32,396 bases of DNA. Source: an uncultured bacterium (lineage in GTDB: Bacteria; Omnitrophota; Omnitrophia; Omnitrophales; Aquincolibacteriaceae). Every line of letters begins with the position of its first letter. The stretch's first letter is position 1. Below the pieces are notes generated by a model. The model was not told the DNA's origin and ran no database searches. It worked only from the letters and a program-made list of their open reading frames with translations. The stretch covers positions 1-32,396 of the forward strand of contig CAYMUZ010000168.1 of NCBI GenBank assembly GCA_964393875.1, in the 5' to 3' direction. Positions 8,305-15,406 of the stretch are shown piece after piece. The translations under genes were made by a program, and so were the position numbers.

Positions 8305-8326
8305 CACTCTCTATAAAACAAGGATT
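8287..8326 (+). repeat. 40-bp direct repeat, copy 1 (last 18 nt of tRNA-Pro plus 22 nt downstream)
   Basis: caaatcctgccatcccgacactctctataaaacaaggatt is identical to 8488-8527, at an offset of 201 bp. Confidence 0.95.
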
Positions 8327-8370
8327 TAATGAAGCCTGGCTTTGTAGCTTGCGGCTGGCTGTCCCGTATC

Positions 8371-8384
8371 TGGCAGGATTTGAA
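8371..8384 (-). repeat. inverted 14-nt copy of the tRNA-Pro T-loop/T-stem segment
   Basis: The reverse complement of tggcaggatttgaa is ttcaaatcctgcca, identical to 8285-8298. It lies inside the 161-bp segment flanked by the 40-bp repeats. Confidence 0.85.
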
Positions 8385-8487
8385 GCGAACAGCCGCCGAC
8401 GTCTAGGAGGAAAAGCGCGTAAGTCGAAGACCGCGCGTCAGGGTGTGAGGGGGGGCTACGCAGGCGAGCTCCGCGAGCCATAGTCGC

Positions 8488-8527
8488 CAAATCCTGCCAT
8501 CCCGACACTCTCTATAAAACAAGGATT
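8488..8527 (+). repeat. 40-bp direct repeat, copy 2 (displaced tRNA 3' end, att-like)
   Basis: Identical to 8287-8326. The sequence upstream of it cannot form a T stem, so it is not part of a second tRNA. Confidence 0.95.
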
Positions 8528-8529
8528 GG

Positions 8530-8970
8530 ATGTATGCCGCAGGGGGTTCCGTGGATTTGAAATCCGCAGAGAACCGGCTTTCGGCTCTTTTGAAAAAATT
8601 GGGCGCGCCCGGCAATTATGCCGCGTCCCGCGTGACTTTCATCGACGCCTCAGGCTGGGACAAGAAAACATTCCTGCATAAGCTCCGCGGCGACATGGGC
8701 GGAAAACAAGCTTTGAAAAGCGGGGTGCTTGCCGCTCAGCTTGGATTTCTCAATCAAATCTCTGTCTTGAGGCTTTACCGCGTCCAGCGCCAGCCTAAAA
8801 ACATGAACGCGGCGCGCCTGACTTCGCCGCTGCTGATGGCGAGCGATTTGGATGAAAGTGTAGTCCACCAGATCGAAGCCTGGCTGGCTTCCAAAGGCTA
8901 TTCCGACCGGCTGTCTGAGCGTTTTGCGGCCATGATTCAAGCGGTGCGCAGAATGGCCGAATCTGCTTAA
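8530..8970 (+). CDS. hypothetical protein
   Basis: 146-codon ORF. The ATG is 4 nt after AAGGA (8521-8525), which lies inside repeat copy 2. No recognisable domain. Confidence 0.5.
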   Translation: MYAAGGSVDLKSAENRLSALLKKLGAPGNYAASRVTFIDASGWDKKTFLHKLRGDMGGKQALKSGVLAAQLGFLNQISVLRLYRVQRQPKNMNAARLTSPLLMASDLDESVVHQIEAWLASKGYSDRLSERFAAMIQAVRRMAESA

Positions 8971-9261
8971 AGGATTAACTTAAAAAGCGGCGCAAGAGTT
9001 TTCCAGCTGAGAATATGCATTTTTGTTCTTTGTTGCTCGAGATTGCCGCCATAATCTGAGGATTTTCCGCCTACCAACTGGCGGATCCGTCCTGCGGCGG
9101 AGAGGGAGTGCTTGAAAAAGTGCTAAACTCGATTTTTGTAAGATAAAAGTAGCTATTTTTTGAAAAGCCTGGTATTCTCCCCACCTTGACAACAGCCGTT
9201 AAGGTAGCGGGGTACTGAGTTATCCTGGCCTTTTCCGCGGCAAAGAATCTAAGAGGTATTT

Positions 9262-9564
9262 GTGGGTAAAAAACTTTATGTGGGTAACCTTCCTTATTCC
9301 GCCAACGACCAAACTCTCTCGCAAATGTTTTCGCAGTGCGGGCAAGTTGCATCTGCGCAGGTGATCATGGATCGCGACACTGGCCGCAGCAAGGGTTTTG
9401 GCTTTGTTGAAATGTCATCCGATGCGGAAGCAAGTTCAGCAATCCAACAGCTTAACGGCAAGGATTGCGACGGACGTGCGTTGACAGTGAACGAAGCTCG
9501 GCCTCAGGCTCCTCGCGAAAATCGTGGTGGTGGCGGTGGTTATGGCGGCGGATACGGTCGTTAA
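9262..9564 (+). CDS. RRM-type RNA-binding protein with a glycine-rich tail
   Basis: RNP2 LYVGNL and RNP1 KGFGFVEM are present, with a C-terminal RGGGGGYGGGYGR tail. GTG start follows AAGAGG. Confidence 0.92.
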   Translation: MGKKLYVGNLPYSANDQTLSQMFSQCGQVASAQVIMDRDTGRSKGFGFVEMSSDAEASSAIQQLNGKDCDGRALTVNEARPQAPRENRGGGGGYGGGYGR

Positions 9565-9597
9565 TCGCTCGTAATTTAAGTTGGTTATCGAATGAGC

Positions 9598-9630
9598 AAA
9601 GGGACAGGTCTTTATTGACCTGTCCCTTTT
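9598..9630 (+). terminator. intrinsic terminator after the RRM gene
   Basis: Perfect 10-bp stem GGGACAGGTC (9601-9610) / GACCTGTCCC (9617-9626) with loop TTTATT, followed by TTTT. It is preceded by AAA, so it could act in both directions. Confidence 0.8.
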
Positions 9631-9676
9631 GCGTTGGTGCGCCCGGCAGGGCGCACTCACACGATTGAGGAGTTCA

Positions 9677-10447
9677 GTGATCACACCAAAATTTTTTAAA
9701 AATTTAAACTCGGAGCGCAAGGGCAAGTACGTGCAAATTGGTAAAATTCGCATGTATTATGAAACCTACGGATCGGGTAAGCCGCTCTTGCTTCTTCATG
9801 GCGGTCTTTCGTGCATTGATGGACTTCGCTATCAGATCCCTTTTTTTGCCAAATATTTTAGAGTGATCGTGCCTGAGCGCCCCGGCCATGGCCATACCGC
9901 AGACATTCCGGGTGATTATGACTACGAGACTCTGGCGCGCCAAACCGCCGCTTTTATGGAGGCGGTTAAAATTAAAAAGGCTCGACTGATGGGCTACAGC
10001 GACGGCGCTAATCTCCTTTACTGGCTTGCTGCCAAACGGCCCGATCTAGTCGAACGATTCATTTCGGTGGGAGGAAATTTTCATCACAGCGGATGCGATC
10101 CTGTATTCCAGCGTGAATTAGAAATGAAAAAAGACTTAGAGATTCAAGTGGACCCGCGCTATGCGGCGTACTCTCCGGACGGCGCTGGGCATTACGCCGT
10201 CACTTATGAAAAATGTCGAAAACTTTGGCTGACCGAACCCAAATGGAGAGTCCGCTTGATCCATCAGATCGATGCCCCCGTGTTGATTTTGGCGGGGGAT
10301 CAGGATATGATCAGGCATGAGCACACGCTTGAAATCTATCGTAATCTAAAAAAAGCCCAGCTCGCCATTGTGCCGGGCGCCACGCATGGTTTGTTAAAAG
10401 AAAAGCCTCGGCTTGTGAACGCCCTCATGCTTGAGTTTTTGAAATAA
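9677..10447 (+). CDS. alpha/beta-fold hydrolase
   Basis: Contains [17 protein letters not shown], the nucleophile elbow GYSDG, and a C-terminal GATHGL histidine. I prefer GTG 9677 as the start: it is 4 nt after GAGGAG (9667-9672), whereas the ORF-track start 9629 lies inside the terminator. Confidence 0.85.
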   Translation: MITPKFFKNLNSERKGKYVQIGKIRMYYETYGSGKPLLLLHGGLSCIDGLRYQIPFFAKYFRVIVPERPGHGHTADIPGDYDYETLARQTAAFMEAVKIKKARLMGYSDGANLLYWLAAKRPDLVERFISVGGNFHHSGCDPVFQRELEMKKDLEIQVDPRYAAYSPDGAGHYAVTYEKCRKLWLTEPKWRVRLIHQIDAPVLILAGDQDMIRHEHTLEIYRNLKKAQLAIVPGATHGLLKEKPRLVNALMLEFLK

Positions 10448-10455
10448 GGTTTTCC

Positions 10456-10869
10456 ATGGCATTTGCAGTTCCCCTAAAGAAAGAAGACGACCTCGCTTAC
10501 GCGATGAAGTGCCTGGGCATTCGGGAAGCCGACCTGGAGGAATCTTTTATTCGCTCCGGCGGGCCCGGCGGGCAAAATGTGAACAAAGTTTCAACCTGTG
10601 TCGTTTTAAAGCACAGGCCGACCGGTATTGTGATCAAGTGCCAAAAGGAGCGTTCGCAGGCACTGAACCGTGATGTTGCACGGAGTATTCTTGTGGCGCG
10701 CCTTGAGGCGTTGGTGATCGGCCGGAAAGCCGCAGAGGCGAGCCGCATCGCGAAGGTTAAGCGCCAAAAGCGTAAACGCTCAAAACAAGCTAAAAATAAA
10801 ATGCTCGAGGCTAAGCATGAACACAGCAAGAAAAAACGCGGCAGGCAGCGGGTTATCTCCGATGAATGA
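10456..10869 (+). CDS. arfB: ArfB-like peptidyl-tRNA hydrolase (GGQ / RF-1 domain protein with a basic tail)
   Basis: [17 protein letters not shown] motif and KERSQALNR. The protein is about 137 aa with a Lys/Arg-rich C-terminal tail ([14 protein letters not shown]...KKKRGRQR), as in ArfB/YaeJ. Confidence 0.8.
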   Translation: MAFAVPLKKEDDLAYAMKCLGIREADLEESFIRSGGPGGQNVNKVSTCVVLKHRPTGIVIKCQKERSQALNRDVARSILVARLEALVIGRKAAEASRIAKVKRQKRKRSKQAKNKMLEAKHEHSKKKRGRQRVISDE

Positions 10870-10893
10870 CACGAAGCCGAGTCTTTTACGAAG

Positions 10894-11286
10894 ATGAAGA
10901 AATTATGGGCACTCCCCCTGCTTATTTTTTTTCTGGTGAGCTTTTCCTCACAGGCATCTGCAGACGATCTCAAATCTTTTTGCTCGCAAACTTGTGGCTT
11001 GTGGCCGAAAATGTGTGCCACGGGGACGTTGTGCCTGAAGCTGTGCAAAACGCCCCAGCGCATCATGAAAGGCTGCTACTCCAACAAAGTCCCCGTCGAT
11101 ACAAAACTGCCGGATATCGCGATGACGAAACAGCAATTCTGCCAGGCCCTGTGTGGTAAACCACCGCTTGTCTGCGCCGTCATGACTTACTGCACGCAGA
11201 GCTGCGGAACGAAGCCGGAAAGTATGAAAGCTTGCATTGAGCAGGGCATTTCCCTCGATACTTACCGGCCAAAGATTATTGGCTAA
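10894..11286 (+). CDS. secreted cysteine-rich tandem-repeat protein (function unknown)
   Basis: Signal peptide MKKLWALPLLIFFLVSFSSQASA. Two 53-residue repeats follow, each with the identical spacing CX3CX6CX5CX3CX9C (C30..C61 and C83..C114). It is the first gene of the sensor/efflux locus. Confidence 0.75.
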   Translation: MKKLWALPLLIFFLVSFSSQASADDLKSFCSQTCGLWPKMCATGTLCLKLCKTPQRIMKGCYSNKVPVDTKLPDIAMTKQQFCQALCGKPPLVCAVMTYCTQSCGTKPESMKACIEQGISLDTYRPKIIG

Positions 11287-11350
11287 TCGAGTTGGGAACT
11301 TTTTTCAGGGAAGAGGACTCTAGGGAGGCATTGCAGGAGTATCGCGGACT

Positions 11351-12025
11351 ATGCGGATTTTGATTATTGAGGATGACCCCAAGACCGCAGGCTATTTAAA
11401 ACAGGGCCTTTCTGAAAATGGCTATGCTGTGGACGCAGCCTTGACGGGCAGTGACGGACTGGCGTTGGCGCATTCCAAAGAGTATGTGCTGATGATCCTG
11501 GATGTCATGATCCCGAAAATGGATGGCTGGAGCATTCTGGCAGAATTGCGTCGCGAAGGGAACAAAACGCCGGTGCTTTTTCTCACGGCCCGTGATTCTG
11601 TCGAAGACCGGGTGCGCGGTCTCAAGCTGGGTGCGGATGATTACCTTGTGAAGCCCTTTTCTTTTTCAGAACTACTTGCTCGCATGGAATCTATTTTGCG
11701 CCGAGGAAACTTCTCGCAGCCGCTGCAGAAAATTCAAGTGGGCGATTTGGAAATTGATTTCACGAATCATCGTGTGACGCGGGCGGCGAAGCGGATCGAA
11801 CTGACCCAAAAGGAATTTCTACTCCTCTATCTTTTGGCCCGCCATCCGGGCAGGGCTCTCTCACGGACGCTGATCGCCGAACAGGTGTGGGATATGAATT
11901 TTGACAGTGATACCAATGTGGTGGATGTTGCGATTCGACGGCTGCGCGCCAAAGTGGATGAACCTTTCCAGCGCACATTGATTCATACCGTCCGTGGCAT
12001 GGGGTATGCGCTTGAAGCACGTTAG
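11351..12025 (+). CDS. OmpR-family response regulator, heavy-metal (CusR/CopR/CzcR) type
   Basis: MRILIIEDD...LDVMIPKMDGW...LTARDSVEDRVRGLKLGADDYLVKPFSFSELLARMESILRRG closely follows CusR. The C-terminal winged helix contains VRGMGY. Confidence 0.93.
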   Translation: MRILIIEDDPKTAGYLKQGLSENGYAVDAALTGSDGLALAHSKEYVLMILDVMIPKMDGWSILAELRREGNKTPVLFLTARDSVEDRVRGLKLGADDYLVKPFSFSELLARMESILRRGNFSQPLQKIQVGDLEIDFTNHRVTRAAKRIELTQKEFLLLYLLARHPGRALSRTLIAEQVWDMNFDSDTNVVDVAIRRLRAKVDEPFQRTLIHTVRGMGYALEAR

Positions 12026-13442
12026 AAATCTGTTGTCGTCCTCCATGGTGTTGCGTCTCGCACTGCTTTATGCCGTCTCTTCCTTTGTGATTCTATCCCT
12101 CTCCTTTGGCTATCTCTACGGAGCGCTCGGCCGCAATCTTAAAGCGGATGAAACCACGTTTTTCAAGGAACAAATGCATTTCTTGAAGGAGATTATTCAC
12201 GATAGACCCGCAGAGTTTGAAGAGGTGAAGGAGAAAATTAACCTGGAAAATTCTGTGACGGGTGTCCCGCGGTATTTTATGCGGGTCCTGGATGATGCCC
12301 GGCAGACTTTGACGGAAACCCGGGGAATGCCGGTATCCGCAAATCGATTTCCGGAATTTTTGTTTTCACACGATGAAAATGAATCTCTGACGGAAGTGAC
12401 GCAAGCAGGGAAAACTTATTTGCTTTTTGGGTCCGGATGCCGCTTTGGGAATACGGGCCCCTGGGCATCCATTCAACTGGCTGCTGATATTTCAACCGAT
12501 AACCGGATTCTTTTGGATTATGGCAGGAAACTTGCGGGAGTCCTGGTGCTGGGGGTGTTTGCTGCGGGTTTTGCAGGGGCGCTGATCAGCCGCCGTGGAC
12601 TTTTGCCATTGAAAAAAATGGCCGAGGCCGCACAAAAAATCCATGCCGAAAATCTTCAGCAGAGTATTTGCGAGAAAGATTGGCCTGAAGAATTACAACA
12701 GTTGGCAGTGGCCTTCGAAGACATGCTCCGCCGGCTCGAAAAATCTTTTACGCAGATTTCACGATTTTCTGCAGACCTGGCGCATGAACTCCGGACGCCC
12801 GTGAATAATCTCATCGGAGAGACCGAAGTCATTTTATCGAAACCTCGCGATGCGGAGGACTATCAAAAGCTTTTGGGCTCGAATCTTGAGGAGTATGAGA
12901 AACTTTCAAAAATCATTGAGAGCATGCTTTTTCTTGCCCGCGCGGAAAACACCGAAATTCCGGTGAAGCGCGAGCCGCTTGATCTCGCGGGGGAAGTCGA
13001 CCGCGTGAAGGACTATTACGGCGCTTTGGCGGAAGAAAAAGGGCTCACGATGAGCCGCAATGGCGAGGGGGTCTTGTTCGCCGATCCCACCCTTTTTCGC
13101 AGGGTTTTGACGAATCTGATTTCAAATGCGATCAAGCACGCAGATCGTGGACAAGTCACTGTTGAAATCATGGAACACCCGGATCACTCCGTGGAGCTTT
13201 CCGTTTCAGACATGGGGCCTGGGATTTCTCCCGCGGATCTTCCGCATATTTTCGACCCATTTTACAGGGTTGATCCCGCAAGATCGTCTGTCGTAGAAGG
13301 GACCGGGCTTGGATTGGCCATTGTTAAATCGATTATGAATCTGCACCGTGGTTCTGTCACTGCCGAGAGCGTGCCAGGACAGGGCACACGCATTCTGCTT
13401 TTTTTCCCACCGCACCTCAAAGATGACAACATTGTAATCTGA
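12006..13442 (+). CDS. heavy-metal sensor histidine kinase (CusS/CzcS type)
   Basis: Two TM helices flank a periplasmic domain of about 130 aa, followed by HAMP. The H-box FSADLAHELRTPVNNL is typical of the heavy-metal sensor kinase family. N, G1 and G2 boxes are present (NAIKH, DMGPGI, GTGLGLAI). The start is ATG 12006 or GTG 11994; both overlap the regulator gene. Confidence 0.9.
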   Translation: MRLKHVRNLLSSSMVLRLALLYAVSSFVILSLSFGYLYGALGRNLKADETTFFKEQMHFLKEIIHDRPAEFEEVKEKINLENSVTGVPRYFMRVLDDARQTLTETRGMPVSANRFPEFLFSHDENESLTEVTQAGKTYLLFGSGCRFGNTGPWASIQLAADISTDNRILLDYGRKLAGVLVLGVFAAGFAGALISRRGLLPLKKMAEAAQKIHAENLQQSICEKDWPEELQQLAVAFEDMLRRLEKSFTQISRFSADLAHELRTPVNNLIGETEVILSKPRDAEDYQKLLGSNLEEYEKLSKIIESMLFLARAENTEIPVKREPLDLAGEVDRVKDYYGALAEEKGLTMSRNGEGVLFADPTLFRRVLTNLISNAIKHADRGQVTVEIMEHPDHSVELSVSDMGPGISPADLPHIFDPFYRVDPARSSVVEGTGLGLAIVKSIMNLHRGSVTAESVPGQGTRILLFFPPHLKDDNIVI

Positions 13443-13493
13443 CCGTCATCTTCCTGCCTTCTGCGGATGTTATGCTACAGACCAGGAGGATCT

Positions 13494-14927
13494 ATGGTTG
13501 GACTGTGCATTCCCACTCGAAAGATTCTGCCGCGTGACTCCGTGCTTGCAGGTGTCTTGCTCGGTGTCTTCTTACTCGGCGGATGCGCCCGGTTTCACGC
13601 AGAAACATTACGCCCCTCACAAACATTGGCTGATTTTGAGGCCCGTACCCTCGAAAGCCCTGACCTCAAACAATTCATCGAGTTTTGTACCCAACGCCCA
13701 ATGACTGCATGGCCGGTCAAAAAGTGGGACCTCGATTCTCTAACTCTGGCGGCCCTTTTTTATCATTCTGATCTCGAGGTAGCGCGAGCGCAATGGCAGG
13801 TTGCCAGGGGTGCGATTGTAACCGCGGGAGAGCGGCCCAACCCCACCGTGGGATTCAACCCCGAATACAAGGCCGGTGGAACGAGCGGGATTTCGCCGTG
13901 GCTTTACGGCCTGACTTTTGACCTGCCCGTGGAAACCATGGGTAAGCGAGGCCGGCGTATCGATCAGGCGCGGCATCATGCCCGAAGCGCAGCCCTTAAC
14001 ATTGCGTCTGCAGCCTGGCAGGTGCGCAGCCGGCTTCACACTGCATGGATTCAACTTAAAACAGCGCGAGCAAATACGGCTTTGTGGAAAGAACAGCTAG
14101 AGCTGCAAGAGGGCTGTCTTCAATCGCTCAACGGTGCTGAAAATGGAGACAGCCTTGCACCGCCAGATCGACTTCAGCTCGAAATCACATGGCGTCAAAC
14201 ACAAATAAGTTTTTTAGAAGCCCGCCGGCAGTCGGAGGATGCGGAAGTTCAGCTGGCGGAATCTCTGGGAATTCCTGTGCATGCCGTACCGCGGGTTGCG
14301 CTAGAACCAAACTCGGGTCGGGCGCAGAAGTTTTCAAAAAAAGAAATACGTCAGCGTGCCCTGACCCAACGTCCCGATTTATTGGGACTGCTCGCCGACT
14401 ACGAGGCCAGTCAGTCTGCGTTGCAGCTTGAGATTGCTCGGCAGTACCCGGACGTTCATCTTGGGCCGGGATATACCTGGGATCAGGGACAGAATAAGTG
14501 GTCTGCGGGTGTGAGCATTACTCTGCCCGTTTTCAATCACAATCAGGGACCCGTGGCAGAAGCTAAAGCCCGGCGGGAAGAGGCACGGTTGCGTTTCACC
14601 GCATTGCAGGAAAAGATTATTTTTGAGGTGGAGCGGGTTTTCAGCGCCTACGAATTTTGCGAGCAAAAGTGGGAGATGGCGCAAAGCCTTTTGGAGGTGC
14701 AGAGGCAGCAGGAGGAGATCCATAAACAATTTTTAATGGAAGGGGAGGCGTCGCGTTTGGCCGCGTTGAATTTTAAACTGGCGCTTAAGACGGCTGAGTT
14801 TGCTGCTGCGGATGCCGGAAGTAAACGGGATCTAGCGTTGGCCGCGCTTGAAGATGCCATGATGGCGCCGCTTGACTCTCAATTATTTCCGCTCTCCGGA
14901 GAAAAACGGGCGAAGGTCTTAAAATGA
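13494..14927 (+). CDS. TolC/CzcC-family outer membrane efflux lipoprotein
   Basis: ATG 13494 is 4 nt after AGGAGG (13484-13489). Lipobox LLGGC. The OEP-type repeats are visible (LAALFYHSDLEVARAQWQVARG ... ERPNPTVGFNPEY; second half LPVFNHNQGPVAEAKARREEA). Confidence 0.88.
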   Translation: MVGLCIPTRKILPRDSVLAGVLLGVFLLGGCARFHAETLRPSQTLADFEARTLESPDLKQFIEFCTQRPMTAWPVKKWDLDSLTLAALFYHSDLEVARAQWQVARGAIVTAGERPNPTVGFNPEYKAGGTSGISPWLYGLTFDLPVETMGKRGRRIDQARHHARSAALNIASAAWQVRSRLHTAWIQLKTARANTALWKEQLELQEGCLQSLNGAENGDSLAPPDRLQLEITWRQTQISFLEARRQSEDAEVQLAESLGIPVHAVPRVALEPNSGRAQKFSKKEIRQRALTQRPDLLGLLADYEASQSALQLEIARQYPDVHLGPGYTWDQGQNKWSAGVSITLPVFNHNQGPVAEAKARREEARLRFTALQEKIIFEVERVFSAYEFCEQKWEMAQSLLEVQRQQEEIHKQFLMEGEASRLAALNFKLALKTAEFAAADAGSKRDLALAALEDAMMAPLDSQLFPLSGEKRAKVLK

Positions 14928-15406
14928 GGCAACGTGGATATGACACTTTGGCGAGGGAGCCAGTTTTAAAAATAGTTGCGGCGTCCTTCCTTTTTTTGAT
15001 TTGTATTTCCGGCAGTGTCTTTGCGGAGCCGGAAGAGGGACGCAAAACCCATTGGGTGACTCAGGAGGGGGAAACTCTTTTATGCTTCTCTCAAGCCGAG
15101 ATCGTTGACAATGCAATCAAGACGGAGATCGCCCCGGCCTCGACGGTTGGGTTGCTCGCACCTTCAACGGCGATTGTTTGGCGGAAAGGCCACCCGTGGG
15201 TGTATGTCCAAAAAAAGGAGAATTGTTTTCTTCGCACAGAAATATCTCTCGTTTCTGACGGACCTTCCACAAAACCCATTTGTCCCCAGCGCGATTGTCA
15301 GCGGGTGCTCGCGAACCCCGTCTTAAAAAATAAAATGGTAGTGCAGGGCGCCGCACAGCTTTTATCGGAGGAGTTCATCAATGAAATCGGGGAGGATGCG
15401 GAATGA
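14924..15406 (+). CDS. short periplasmic protein in the membrane-fusion (adaptor) position; only MFP N- and C-terminal segments recognisable
   Basis: ATGA overlaps at both ends (14924-14927 and 15403-15406). Signal peptide IVAASFLFLICISGSVFA. FSQAEIVDNAIKTEIAP resembles the MFP N-terminal strand. APSTAIVWRKGHPWVYVQKKENCFLRTEISL...MVVQGAAQLLSEE resembles the MFP C-terminal domain. At 160 aa there is no room for lipoyl or alpha-hairpin domains. Confidence 0.65.
   Translation: MRQRGYDTLAREPVLKIVAASFLFLICISGSVFAEPEEGRKTHWVTQEGETLLCFSQAEIVDNAIKTEIAPASTVGLLAPSTAIVWRKGHPWVYVQKKENCFLRTEISLVSDGPSTKPICPQRDCQRVLANPVLKNKMVVQGAAQLLSEEFINEIGEDAE

Noticed and set aside
8253-8483. 76-aa plus-strand ORF
   Set aside because: It starts inside the tRNA-Pro gene and runs through the repeat-flanked insert. 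The tRNA cloverleaf is unambiguous, so this is a chance open frame.
10497-11066. 189-aa minus-strand ORF
   Set aside because: It is antisense to both the GGQ-motif gene and the signal-peptide/Cys-repeat gene, which both have strong features. Its product is Arg/Ser-rich and typical of antisense frames.
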